From assembly GCA_045805065.1 (NCBI GenBank), contig JBJMMA010000152.1, forward strand, positions 1 through 50,646: DNA of 50,646 nucleotides, given 5' to 3'. Origin of the DNA: Bdellovibrionia bacterium. Its GTDB lineage: Bacteria; Bdellovibrionota; UBA1018. Below are positions 40,474 to 50,453 of the stretch, one piece after another (position 1 is the first letter of the stretch; every line of letters starts with the position of its first letter). A program made the position numbers and the translations under genes. The notes under the pieces were generated by a model. The model saw only the letters and a list, made by a program, of their open reading frames with translations. It did no database searches and was not told the origin of the DNA.

Positions 40474-40932
40474 TTACAATGCAGGCTGAGCGTTCAATGG
40501 GGAGTCTGCCGCGCCGATTGCGCGAAGCGCTTCTGTGCGGCACTCCCAAAGAGGCTCAGGAGGTAAGACGAGGTCGGGTTCTGGTTGCAACGTGATAAAA
40601 GCGCGTTGCGAGAATAGAATATCGGCCTCGTATGCCATTCTTCCAAAGATCCGACCACTGAGTGGATCGACGAAATCCAGCAGCGGACGATCAACAGCCA
40701 AGGGTTGATCCTTGGGAAGCTCATCGTTTCCTGGAATGTCCAGGCGCTTGCCCGGAAACTGGAGAGGCTCCTGAGGGTTTTTCTTGAGCTGTACAAGCAC
40801 CGTGGGCGGCAGGTTCTCCCACTGGATGATGACGGACTCAAGATGCTCCTCGGGGAAGTCCACGAGAATGGAGATGCGTCGTCGGGTCGGTGCTGGGATG
40901 CCTTCTAGCTTCCTGTCGTTAAAAGCGCTCAT
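40474..40932 (-). CDS. Hypothetical protein
   Basis: Open frame filling the gap; ATG at 40932 avoids overlap with the GNAT gene. Confidence 0.45.
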   Translation of the reverse strand: MSAFNDRKLEGIPAPTRRRISILVDFPEEHLESVIIQWENLPPTVLVQLKKNPQEPLQFPGKRLDIPGNDELPKDQPLAVDRPLLDFVDPLSGRIFGRMAYEADILFSQRAFITLQPEPDLVLPPEPLWECRTEALRAIGAADSPLNAQPAL

Positions 40933-40993
40933 AGTTGAAGAGAGCTGTTTATAGCGCGTGCGGGCTTTGGGTGAAAGTGATAACTTTCCAAGA

Positions 40994-41506
40994 ATGATCG
41001 AAATCAGGCGAGCGCTGGAATCTGATGCCCAGATTCTGACTGAATTGGGAAGAACGACATTCGTCGATACCTTCGCGAAAGACAACAGCCAGGAAGATAT
41101 GGATCTCTATCTTGCTGAAACTTTTGGCGTCGATAAGCAGCTCAAAGAGATCCGAGATCCAAACCGATACATCGCGATTGCCTGGGAAGGAAATGTCGCT
41201 GCCGGGTTTTTCCACTTGGCGAAAAGCGCGCCTGATCCGTCTGTTGCAGGCCCTCATCCGGTTGAGATTTTGCGGCTCTACGTTGATTCACGATGGCACG
41301 GAAAAGGGGTCGGGGCTGCCCTGATGGAAAGATGCATTCAGCTTGCTCGTGAAGAAGGATTTCAAACGCTCTGGCTAGGTGTCTGGGAGAGAAATTTCAG
41401 AGCGCAGGCGTTTTATGGCAAGTACGGGTTTACGACGGTGGGTAAGCATGTTTTTAGGTTGGGCACGGATGATCAAACCGATCTCATCATGGTTCGCTCC
41501 ATTTGA
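40994..41506 (+). CDS. GNAT acetyltransferase (PaiA-like)
   Basis: TFVDTF, EILRLYV, HGKGVGAALM, LWLGVWERN.RAQAFY.KYGF. Confidence 0.92.
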   Translation: MIEIRRALESDAQILTELGRTTFVDTFAKDNSQEDMDLYLAETFGVDKQLKEIRDPNRYIAIAWEGNVAAGFFHLAKSAPDPSVAGPHPVEILRLYVDSRWHGKGVGAALMERCIQLAREEGFQTLWLGVWERNFRAQAFYGKYGFTTVGKHVFRLGTDDQTDLIMVRSI

Positions 41507-41613
41507 TTTAAGCGAAAGAGTTTGTCCAAGCGAGCGGCCCGGCGGGTCAATTCTGACCCACCTCGAAACAGACACATTTCTAGTCTGCGAGTTTTTAGGT
41601 ACGATAAAATGGG

Positions 41614-43359
41614 GTGAAAACTAAACTCAAACTCTCACACTTAGGGATCGTTTCAGTCTCACTGCTTGGGCTGCAAAGCTGCGTGCCTGGGTTTCTTTCG
41701 GACTTAAACTCGACCCGAGCGATTTCAATCGCTCCGCCAGAAGGTGCGGCTTCACCCTCGTCGCCGGCATCACTAGGCACCATCCAGGCTATTCCCACTC
41801 GGTCTGCTGCTTTGCCATCGTCTATCACCAGTGGGTCAACGCTCTCTTTGAATTGTGGAACAACCTATTATGGCTCGCTGAATCTTGCGACCCTTTCGAA
41901 CGTCACCATTGAGACCAACGGAAACTGCGGACGCGCAGTCATCACTCCAGCGGTGCCGGTCTCTGGCTGGCGAGTTTATAGCGGCAGTATTTATGTGGCG
42001 GATGTTTCCACCGAAGTCGCGCAAGTTTTTGTCGATAGCCAGATCACAGGGATCGCGCATTACCCAAACAGTATAAAAGAAACCGGGTGGTTGCAGTCCA
42101 GCAACGTGACCGCCACAAGCATGGATTTCACGGGTCTACCGAACAACGACATCGTCGGCGCAAAAGCGACCTACCGAGGACGTTACCCTTGGGAGATCGG
42201 AACACGAACCGTGACCGCTTATGACGGTCAGACGATGACCTTGCCGCAAAACACCAATCTCAATCTCAACGCCGAAGACAGCGAGCTTGGGAAGTTCTAC
42301 CTCGAAGGAAAGCTCTGGATGCTCGACACTCCGGGCGAGTGGGCCTGGAGCGGTGGAAAGCTTTATCTCTGGATGCCAGATGGCCAGGCTCCTGGCTCGC
42401 GGGTTCTTGCTGCGCCTCAAGTCAACTCGGTCATCAACGTCCAAGGTTCGACCAACGTCACAATCCAAAATGTGCGGATCGTGGGCGGATGGATCGGTGT
42501 TGATGCAAGCTACAGCAATACTGTGGGAAGGTCGGCGAGGGGTCTTCAGATTCTCAATTCCGAGATTGCCTACAGTGATTGGTCAGCTATCTACGCATCC
42601 AACGTGGAGAACATGACGGTTGATAACTCCGACGTGATCGGGGCTCTGCACACCGGGATCTATGCGAGAACGGGAAGTGCTGGGATCGTCGTAAGAAATT
42701 CGCGCTTCACCAACGTCAATACCGTCGGCATGCACAAGGGCGGAGATGGCTCGATGTATATCAATGCCGACACCGGAGCGACCATCACAGGTAACACGAT
42801 CACCAATTCCGGAAAGACCGGGATCTTCATAGGACAGAGCATGAACTCTCTTGTGAAAGACAATGTGATCAACGGAGCCTGCCGAATCCATGGTGATTGC
42901 GGCGGAATCTATTTATTCGATCGTGGCAAGGTCTCGCTCAATACGCGTGTTGAGAATAACGTGGTGAACAACATAAATGGCGATCCGGTGCGCCCAGGAT
43001 CCACCAACCCTGAACGATATGCCATCTATCTGGATGACTACTCGACCGGAGTGACTGTCATCGGTAACACCGTGACTCAAAGTGATTCCGGAATGCAGCT
43101 CCACTTTGCATTCAATAACACCATCACCGGGAATCGCTTCGAAGGTAATCTTCAAAGAAATATTCTTTTTTCGGATGACGGATCAGCGACACCAGTCATG
43201 AGTAATAATGTGTTTTCGAACAACACGTTTGTCGGTCCTGCTCTGTCTTTTTTTCTTGCGGTGAATAATCCAACGACCGCAGCGACTTTCACGGGTAACA
43301 CGTATCTGAACTATACGAGCAGCCCTGTTGTGAACCCCGCAAATGTTCCTTATCAATAG
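41614..43359 (+). CDS. Right-handed parallel beta-helix (pectin-lyase-like) lipoprotein
   Basis: Lipobox LQS|C; FYLEGKLWMLDTPGEW, DCGGIY, AIYLDD, many I..N repeats. Confidence 0.85.
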   Translation: MKTKLKLSHLGIVSVSLLGLQSCVPGFLSDLNSTRAISIAPPEGAASPSSPASLGTIQAIPTRSAALPSSITSGSTLSLNCGTTYYGSLNLATLSNVTIETNGNCGRAVITPAVPVSGWRVYSGSIYVADVSTEVAQVFVDSQITGIAHYPNSIKETGWLQSSNVTATSMDFTGLPNNDIVGAKATYRGRYPWEIGTRTVTAYDGQTMTLPQNTNLNLNAEDSELGKFYLEGKLWMLDTPGEWAWSGGKLYLWMPDGQAPGSRVLAAPQVNSVINVQGSTNVTIQNVRIVGGWIGVDASYSNTVGRSARGLQILNSEIAYSDWSAIYASNVENMTVDNSDVIGALHTGIYARTGSAGIVVRNSRFTNVNTVGMHKGGDGSMYINADTGATITGNTITNSGKTGIFIGQSMNSLVKDNVINGACRIHGDCGGIYLFDRGKVSLNTRVENNVVNNINGDPVRPGSTNPERYAIYLDDYSTGVTVIGNTVTQSDSGMQLHFAFNNTITGNRFEGNLQRNILFSDDGSATPVMSNNVFSNNTFVGPALSFFLAVNNPTTAATFTGNTYLNYTSSPVVNPANVPYQ

Positions 43360-43464
43360 GCAAGAGGGACTGCTTCAAAGTTTCTCAGAACTATGCTAGC
43401 TATGTCGCGAGAAAATACTTTGGACTTAAGCTGTTGAGTCATTAGGACGCGGACCTCTCAAGTC

Positions 43465-44253
43465 ATGGATATCCTTCAGAGAAATAATGTAAAATTAAAC
43501 GGAAAGGGCGAGCAGCCAATGCTTTTTGCCCACGGATACGGATGCGACCAGAATATGTGGCGGTTCGTTGCCCCCGCCTTTGAGAACGATTACCGCACCA
43601 TCCTATTTGATCATGTGGGCGCAGGTCGTTCGGACCTGAGGGCCTATGATCGGAAAAAATATAGTTCTCTTCAGGGCTACGCCGATGACGTGCTTGAAAT
43701 TTGCGAGACTTTGAATCTCAGAAATGTAATTTTTATCGGCCACTCGGTGAGCGCAATGATTGGCGTTCTAGCCGCAAACAATGATCCATCGCGCTTTTCA
43801 AAGCTGGTTCTTGTTGGGCCGTCGCCTTGTTATATTAACCAGGATGGCTATGTCGGAGGATTTGAGAGAAAGGACATTGAGGGATTATTGGAGTCTCTGG
43901 ATAGCAACTATCTCGGGTGGTCCGCACAGATGGCACCTGTGATCATGGGCAATTCGGATCGCCCCGCACTCGGTGAAGAGTTGACCAATAGCTTCTGCCG
44001 GACGAACCCAGAGATCGCCCGACACTTTGCTCGAGTTACTTTTTTGTCTGATAACCGAGCCGATTTGCCAAAACTTAAAGTGCCTGCCTTGGTTCTTCAA
44101 TGCTCGGACGATGTCATCGCACCGACGTCAGTGGGTGAGTACGTTCACCGCGCTGCTTCGAACAGCTCCTTTGTCCATATGAAAGCGACTGGGCATTGCC
44201 CAAACCTAAGTGCACCGCAAGAAACAATTGATGCGATTCGATCGTTTATCTGA
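43465..44253 (+). CDS. rsbQ: RsbQ/KAI2-like alpha/beta hydrolase
   Basis: RNNV, FAHGYGCDQNMWR, GHSVSAMIG, PSPCY, FCRT.PEIA, ATGHCP. Confidence 0.9.
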   Translation: MDILQRNNVKLNGKGEQPMLFAHGYGCDQNMWRFVAPAFENDYRTILFDHVGAGRSDLRAYDRKKYSSLQGYADDVLEICETLNLRNVIFIGHSVSAMIGVLAANNDPSRFSKLVLVGPSPCYINQDGYVGGFERKDIEGLLESLDSNYLGWSAQMAPVIMGNSDRPALGEELTNSFCRTNPEIARHFARVTFLSDNRADLPKLKVPALVLQCSDDVIAPTSVGEYVHRAASNSSFVHMKATGHCPNLSAPQETIDAIRSFI

Positions 44254-44265
44254 GGTATTCTCTCA

Positions 44266-46323
44266 TTGACTTCAGATGACAGCACGCATGCACTATTGGC
44301 TCAAATCGCAAAGAACGCAGAAAGCTTTTTTGAAAGCGCTCCGTGCGGATATCTTTTTACTTTGCCCGATGGTCTCATCATCAAGGCAAATCGCGCATTC
44401 TTAAACTGGACCGGATACTCTGAAACAGAGCTCATTTCTAAAAAACGCTTCCAGGATGTTCTGACTGTCGGATGCAAAATTTACTATGAGACGAATTACG
44501 CACCTCTTCTTCGGATGCAAGGTTTTCTAAATGAGATTACTTTGGACTTAAATGGAAAAGAGGGTCGCAATGTCCCGGTTCTGATCAATTCCGACGAGCA
44601 AAGGGATGAGGCTGGAAAAGTCCTTTTCATTCGAAGCACCCTTTTTAACATCACTGATCGGAAAAGGTACGAGCGCGAGCTACTTTCTGAGAGGCGAAGA
44701 GCCGAGCATTCAGAATTGCGCTTTAAGCTACTTGCCAGGGCAAGCGAATTGCTGAGACGATCTTTTGATTACGCTGCTAACTTCAAAGAGCTTGCTGAAG
44801 CAGCCACTCAGGACTTTTGTGACGGTTGCACCATCGATCTGATCGAGAGTAATCGCCTGGTCAGGGTGGCTGAGTCTCATCGAGTGATTGAGAAAAAGAT
44901 CCCTCAGTTTAGCGAGGATGCGGCAACCTCCATCTTGACAGAGCCGTTGCTTCTATCGGAGCAACCTGCTCACTTTAGCCAAGGCTCAGTATCCGTCGCA
45001 GATTGGCTAAAATCGTTCATCAATCAATTCGATCCTGATTCCATGATCCTGACACCGATTCGGCATCAAGGGAAAGTGATCGGATTGATTGGCATCTATA
45101 TGACCGAGATGCGCAGGCGCTTTGTCCAAGAGGACTTGGAGCTCGTCAATGAAATTGCAAATCGTTGCGTTTCGGCATTTGAAAGCGCGCAGCTTCATTC
45201 AGAAACCCAGTGTGCCCATCTTGAGTTGAGCGTCAGTCACGAGTGGTTTTCAACGACTTTGAAGAGTATTGGGGATGCGGTCATGGCGGTCAATACGGAC
45301 AAAACCGTATCTTTTTTGAACACCGTTGCTGAGCAATTGACTGGCTGGACGTCGGAAGAAGCCAAAGGGCGCCCGATGGATGAGGTCTTTCATGTCATTA
45401 ACGCGACAACGCGTGGGCCCGCCTTTAATCCGGTTGAAAAAGTGCTTAAAGAAGGCGTTATCGCGGGCCTGACTAACAATACCGCTCTACTTCGGAGGGA
45501 TGGAACAAGCATCATTATCGAGGATAGCGCTGCTCCGATTCGGTCTGAAAAGGGCGGAATGTATGGAGTTGTCTTAGTCTTCCGAGACATAACGCAAAAG
45601 CATGAAGAAGAAGAGAAGCTCAATGAGACTTTAAGTCAGCTCCAAGAGGAACGAGGCGTGCGTGAGAAGTTTGTCGCAACCCTGACGCATGATTTGAGAA
45701 ATCCAATCACGGCCGTAAAGATGAGCGCTCAGTTGATTTTGCGAAAAACGGATCATCCCGCGATCGTTCAAACACAAGCAGTTCGGATCATAAATGGCGT
45801 CAGCCGCGCGGATCAAATGATTCAGGATCTGCTCGATGCAAACCGGATTCGTGCAGGCGAGATCATCCCGCTTGAATTGATAGATTGCGATCTGGGAGCT
45901 GAGCTTCACGAGGTCGTGAACGATCTTACAACGATTCATGGGGACCGCTTTAGGCTGAATGCTCCAGCTCATTTTAATCTATTCTGTAATTCAAGCTCCT
46001 TGCGTCGAGTGATTGAAAATCTATGTAATAATGCCGTCAAATATGGCGGCGAGCGGACTCCGATTTATGTCAGCTTGGTCCACGAGCGGGATGAAGCAGT
46101 CATTTCAGTCCGTAACGAGGGGAATCCGATTCCGCCGGACGATCAGGCGACTCTATTTGATCCTTATCGACGCACTCAATCTGCTCTGCAGAGTGGAAAA
46201 AAAGGTTGGGGATTGGGCTTAACTCTGGTGCGTGGAGTGGCTGAAGCCCATGGGGGGCGGGTATCTGTGGAAAGTTCACCGGAACATGGGACTACGTTCT
46301 CAATTCATCTTCCGATTTTGTGA
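44266..46323 (+). CDS. PAS-GAF-PAS sensor histidine kinase
   Basis: RsbP-like PAS (FESAPCGYL...IYYET..APLLRMQG), GAF, PAS (SIGDAV), THDLRNP, NLCNNAVKY, GWGLGL. Confidence 0.92.
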   Translation: MTSDDSTHALLAQIAKNAESFFESAPCGYLFTLPDGLIIKANRAFLNWTGYSETELISKKRFQDVLTVGCKIYYETNYAPLLRMQGFLNEITLDLNGKEGRNVPVLINSDEQRDEAGKVLFIRSTLFNITDRKRYERELLSERRRAEHSELRFKLLARASELLRRSFDYAANFKELAEAATQDFCDGCTIDLIESNRLVRVAESHRVIEKKIPQFSEDAATSILTEPLLLSEQPAHFSQGSVSVADWLKSFINQFDPDSMILTPIRHQGKVIGLIGIYMTEMRRRFVQEDLELVNEIANRCVSAFESAQLHSETQCAHLELSVSHEWFSTTLKSIGDAVMAVNTDKTVSFLNTVAEQLTGWTSEEAKGRPMDEVFHVINATTRGPAFNPVEKVLKEGVIAGLTNNTALLRRDGTSIIIEDSAAPIRSEKGGMYGVVLVFRDITQKHEEEEKLNETLSQLQEERGVREKFVATLTHDLRNPITAVKMSAQLILRKTDHPAIVQTQAVRIINGVSRADQMIQDLLDANRIRAGEIIPLELIDCDLGAELHEVVNDLTTIHGDRFRLNAPAHFNLFCNSSSLRRVIENLCNNAVKYGGERTPIYVSLVHERDEAVISVRNEGNPIPPDDQATLFDPYRRTQSALQSGKKGWGLGLTLVRGVAEAHGGRVSVESSPEHGTTFSIHLPIL

Positions 46324-46335
46324 TAGAGTAGGTTT

Positions 46336-47085
46336 ATGTCAATTGAATCAGAAGCAGACCTGATTGCTCTCAAGAAAATCGGCCGTATCGTGGCAAATTG
46401 CCTTCAGACGATGAGCAAAGCGCTTGAGCCAGGTATGACGACCCAAGAGCTCGATGAGATCGGTAGAAAGTATTTAGAGCTTCATGGAGCGCGCTCAGCT
46501 CCCAAGCTGACTTATAATTTCCCTGGAACGACATGCATCAGCGTCAATGAAGAAGCGGCACATGGTATTCCAGGCAGCAAAGTCTTACGCGCTTCCGACT
46601 TAGTGAACATTGATGTCTCGGCTGAGCTCAATGGCTATTTTGCCGACACGGGGGGATCTTTTATCATCCCGCCTGAGTCTGATCTGAAGAAAAATCTTTG
46701 CCTTGCAACGAAGCGCGCGCTCAAGGCCGCGATGAAGGAAGCTTCTGCTGGCAAATTTTTGAACGCCATCGGACGAGCGATTGAATTAGAAGCGCGCCGA
46801 AGCCGTTTGAGCGTGATTGAAAATCTAGGAAGCCACGGCGTAGGCAGAGCACTTCATGAAGAGCCTGGCTTTATTCCAAGCTATTATGACCCTAAAGACA
46901 GACGTGTCTTGAAAGAGGGCCAGGTCATTACGATCGAGCCTTTTCTCTCCACCGGCGCTCGAGAAGTTTTCGATACGGGTGATGGGTGGACTCTGGCAAC
47001 GCACAAAAGGCATTTAACAGCCCAGTATGAGCACACGATGGTCATTACCAAAGGGCAACCGCTCATCATGACCCTGCCTGCTTAA
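46336..47085 (+). CDS. map: Type I methionyl aminopeptidase
   Basis: CISVNEEAAHGIP, DLVNID, FADT, HGVGRALHEEP, TIEPF, AQYEHT. Confidence 0.96.
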   Translation: MSIESEADLIALKKIGRIVANCLQTMSKALEPGMTTQELDEIGRKYLELHGARSAPKLTYNFPGTTCISVNEEAAHGIPGSKVLRASDLVNIDVSAELNGYFADTGGSFIIPPESDLKKNLCLATKRALKAAMKEASAGKFLNAIGRAIELEARRSRLSVIENLGSHGVGRALHEEPGFIPSYYDPKDRRVLKEGQVITIEPFLSTGAREVFDTGDGWTLATHKRHLTAQYEHTMVITKGQPLIMTLPA

Positions 47086-47193
47086 CGTTTGAAAACTGAC
47101 GCCCTTCTGCGGTCTTAAATTAGGCGCGGACTTGTCTTTTTCTATGTGTACAGTAAAATAGTTGATGACCCTAATAACTTCTGAGAGTTCGTC

Positions 47194-47391
47194 ATGACAA
47201 AATCTATTTTGGGTTTGGCTTTTATTTCGGCTCTGGCTTTGTTTTCGCTTTTTCAAGGTCCTGTTCTGGCCACCACCTACACTTGCTATAACGACGGAAC
47301 AACCGCGTTTTGCTCAAGCGCAGTTTTAGACTACGAAGTCTGGGGCTCGTACAGCACTTCTGCTGAATGCGCAGCGAATTGCGGATACTAA
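47194..47391 (+). CDS. Small secreted Cys-rich peptide
   Basis: Clear signal peptide ending PVLA; 39-aa mature part with 4 Cys. Confidence 0.65.
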   Translation: MTKSILGLAFISALALFSLFQGPVLATTYTCYNDGTTAFCSSAVLDYEVWGSYSTSAECAANCGY

Positions 47392-47562
47392 TCTGAATTG
47401 AATCGCTTCGGACAGAGCGGTAGCTTCTTTCCAAATCTTGTTTTGAATCTTATGAGCGCTAATAGAGTGACGCTCACTGAAGCATTGGATGCGTTTTGTG
47501 GCTCCATTTTGCTTTGAAAGAATTCGCGATTCGTTAACAATGGTGTCTGCAAAGGGCATCCC

Positions 47563-48018
47563 ATGAAAAATAAACTGGTTACATTCGAAGTCGCTTTTGA
47601 TTGGTTAGATAAAAAAATGGAGCGCATCTTTGATAAAAAAGAACGAGTGAATTACGAAGGCCTCTCCAAAGAAGAAAAAATGATTTATCTCCTTTACTCT
47701 TATGATTCCAGCGTGAGAAACGGCGGGATCAAGTCATTCCTAGATCAGCAAAATGGTGAGAGATTTGAAGAGCTAATAGCCAACTTTAAAGAATTGCATG
47801 CGGCCGCAGTTGCAATGGATCTCGAGGAAGTGATCAACGTATTGAGAAGCGTTAATAAGGACGCCCCGCTCTCTTTACGAGCAGACCTTGATGAATTCGA
47901 CTCGCTCCCAATCGCAAATAAGTTTCGCGCAGTAGAATGTGAGAACACGAAGCGCTATTTCGAGTACGATCCTAATCCGCTTCAGCTTCTTTACGGTTAT
48001 TTGAATTCGCGCTCTTAA
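47563..48018 (+). CDS. DUF4375/DMP19-like acidic protein
   Basis: LSKEEK.IYLL..YD..V.NGG..SF. Confidence 0.7.
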   Translation: MKNKLVTFEVAFDWLDKKMERIFDKKERVNYEGLSKEEKMIYLLYSYDSSVRNGGIKSFLDQQNGERFEELIANFKELHAAAVAMDLEEVINVLRSVNKDAPLSLRADLDEFDSLPIANKFRAVECENTKRYFEYDPNPLQLLYGYLNSRS

Positions 48019-48156
48019 GCAGAGTACGAACCATGAAACCTCTAATCAAACTCCGTGGCGTACGCACGCATTACATTATCGAATGAACTGAACGCAGTTT
48101 TCTTAATATTAGCGGTCCACGCGCCCGTGACGCCAACATCGATTTCAACTGGGTAG

Positions 48157-48588
48157 ATGCTTATGATCTCAATTCAAAAATGGGACATCATTCCTTACGA
48201 AAGCTTTGGCCCTCTTCAATTAAATCAGGAAGTGGAGCGATGGGATCTGGAAGACGCTCTTGGAGAGCCGTGCCGAGAAGAGAAAGGCAAAAACGAAGAA
48301 ATTATTTTTGTCTTCAAAACCGCTGAAGGCGAAATGAAAGCCGTTTTCACTCCTAATCTTGAGTTTGAGTATTTAGTACTTCCTCAAAACGCGAAAATGA
48401 CCACTGAAATTGAAGGAGAAAGTATCCAGCTTCCTCCCGGGTCGAAAGAGTTAAAAAACTATCTTATGGCCAGCGACCCAGATTCTCGGGAAGTCGGGTT
48501 TCATCGTGGAAAGAACTTAGTTTTTCCAAGGTACGGGCTCTCTTGGGATCTTGAATCAGATTGGCTCTGCTTATACTCGGTTCAGTGA
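48157..48588 (+). CDS. Hypothetical acidic protein (immunity-like)
   Basis: I.PYESFGPL.L N-terminal motif; 143 aa, acidic. Confidence 0.6.
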   Translation: MLMISIQKWDIIPYESFGPLQLNQEVERWDLEDALGEPCREEKGKNEEIIFVFKTAEGEMKAVFTPNLEFEYLVLPQNAKMTTEIEGESIQLPPGSKELKNYLMASDPDSREVGFHRGKNLVFPRYGLSWDLESDWLCLYSVQ

Positions 48589-48600
48589 AAATCCCAGCTT

Positions 48601-49413
48601 ATGCCTCCTCAAAAATTCTATGAGGCGAAACCTTTATCTGAAATTGAATTTAAGAAGGCCTGGAAACAGCTGAAAACCAGTGTTCCAACCGTAGCTTTGG
48701 TCAGCGTGGATCCGGTTTTTACGAAAAAGTCAGCTGAAGCGATCCCATACACTCAATATGGCGGAACCCCCTTGCTTAAAGAGGATGAGCCTTGGCCAAA
48801 CTGCAAGTCTTGCAGTTCTCCGTTCGCGTTAGTCTACCAGGTGGATTTGCAGAAGCTGCCGCTATCGGTCCGTAAAAGCATTACCGGAAAGGGCGTATTT
48901 CAGATCTTTCATTGTCTAAAAGAGTCGTGTCTAAATCGCTTGGGCGAATCTGATGAGGACGACCATTATGCATATCTTTGCCGGATTGTGCCTCGGTCAG
49001 AGTTGGCTCAAACGAAAGAAAAGAAAGCCCTCTTAGAAAAAAGAGGAATCAAAGCGTGGAAGCGACAGGAGGACGGACTCGACTATCCAAACATTCTCTC
49101 TCAGAACCAGCTTGAAAAGTTGCCCACTGAGCTCCGCTCGTTAGTGGCGAATGTTTCTTTTGAAGAGGCGTACGCACAGCACTACCCCGTGCAAACGGAC
49201 AAGATCGGAGGGGCACCGAGCTGGCTCCAATCAGACGAGACGCCCCGGTGCCCACAATGTCCCCGAGACAAAGGCCTGATGAAATTTTTAATGCAGTTCA
49301 ACTCGGGTAAAGAAGAAAAAAGCGAATTGGAGTTCGGAGATTCGGGATGCGCTTATGTATTTCAGTGCAGCGAGCATCCTGACCTCTTTTCACTTATTAT
49401 GCAGACGAGCTGA
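48601..49413 (+). CDS. DUF1963/YwqG family protein
   Basis: YGGTP...WP.C..C..P, KIGGAPSWLQ, CPQC, FGDSG.AYVFQC..H. Confidence 0.85.
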   Translation: MPPQKFYEAKPLSEIEFKKAWKQLKTSVPTVALVSVDPVFTKKSAEAIPYTQYGGTPLLKEDEPWPNCKSCSSPFALVYQVDLQKLPLSVRKSITGKGVFQIFHCLKESCLNRLGESDEDDHYAYLCRIVPRSELAQTKEKKALLEKRGIKAWKRQEDGLDYPNILSQNQLEKLPTELRSLVANVSFEEAYAQHYPVQTDKIGGAPSWLQSDETPRCPQCPRDKGLMKFLMQFNSGKEEKSELEFGDSGCAYVFQCSEHPDLFSLIMQTS

Positions 49414-49445
49414 CCATTGTTTGGTCCTCTCTTAACTGAGTCGTA

Positions 49446-50024
49446 TCAGTGAGTGGCTTCAGTCACCAAAACTCTATAGCCGTTATTGTAGCTCCAGTAG
49501 ATATCGACTTTATGCTTTGCCGTCGAGGTAACGACCACGCCTTTGCAAAGAACGTCACCTTGAGGCGAGTCATCATAACTCGAAGGCACGATATCGTTGA
49601 TTTCAACAATCGCTTCGTTTGCGTAAAGCTTGCCCGCAGAAGCCTTAACTTCGTCAAGGTTAGAGGAGCACTCGGGCTTCGTGGCAATTCCGCGCGATTT
49701 GTGCGGCATCACGAGCTGGGACACGAAATAGCTGAGGCTGAACATATAGAGAACTACAAAGAGCCCTAAAAGCGGAGCTCTGATCCAAAGCGAGTGCTTC
49801 CGATCCCTGAAAATCCATTTCAGATGTTTGGAAGCTTGGACAATCGCGCCCCAAAATCCCACATTCGTCAGCACGACTCCTATCAGTGCATAAACAAACA
49901 TAAGATTTGAAGCTCGAGCAATGGCCCATGGCACCATCCCAAACCCAAAAACTGTAAGAATGATAAAAATCAGAGTTTTCTTAAAGCTTGGAGGAGTTTG
50001 TGTCTCGCTGGATATATTGCTCAT
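49446..50024 (-). CDS. Hypothetical membrane protein (3 TM plus soluble domain)
   Basis: Three hydrophobic helices then a soluble domain with two Cys. Confidence 0.65.
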   Translation of the reverse strand: MSNISSETQTPPSFKKTLIFIILTVFGFGMVPWAIARASNLMFVYALIGVVLTNVGFWGAIVQASKHLKWIFRDRKHSLWIRAPLLGLFVVLYMFSLSYFVSQLVMPHKSRGIATKPECSSNLDEVKASAGKLYANEAIVEINDIVPSSYDDSPQGDVLCKGVVVTSTAKHKVDIYWSYNNGYRVLVTEATH

Positions 50025-50087
50025 ATAATAAAATAGTAGCGAGCGACCCTTTGTATTGTAAACTTAATTTAAATAGGGAGACCACAA

Positions 50088-50453
50088 ATGGGTAAGTTCA
50101 AAAAAGTCGCTTCACGCTGGTTCACGACCGATGGACGTTCTGGTCGACAGGAGTTCATCCTCATCTCTATTTTGACAGCAGCACTCATGGCAATCGTTAG
50201 ATATTGCGATGAGCACAGCCTTTCATCCCTTTACTTTTTGACTTTGCTCCTTGCATTTGTCTCGTTCGGACTCAGTCTGTTTGCAAATGTCCGGCGCTGG
50301 CACGATCTTGGACGTTCAGGTTGGTGGATCCTGATTGGGCTCGCGCCTGTACTCAATATATTCGTGATCATTTATCTTTGTGTCAAAGCTGGGACTCAAG
50401 GGCCTAATCAGTATGGACAACAGGCATCAAGCCCTTTGACACATTCGTCCTGA
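50088..50453 (+). CDS. DUF805 membrane protein
   Basis: GRSGRQEF, VRRWHDLGRSGWW, G.NQYG. Confidence 0.9.
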   Translation: MGKFKKVASRWFTTDGRSGRQEFILISILTAALMAIVRYCDEHSLSSLYFLTLLLAFVSFGLSLFANVRRWHDLGRSGWWILIGLAPVLNIFVIIYLCVKAGTQGPNQYGQQASSPLTHSS

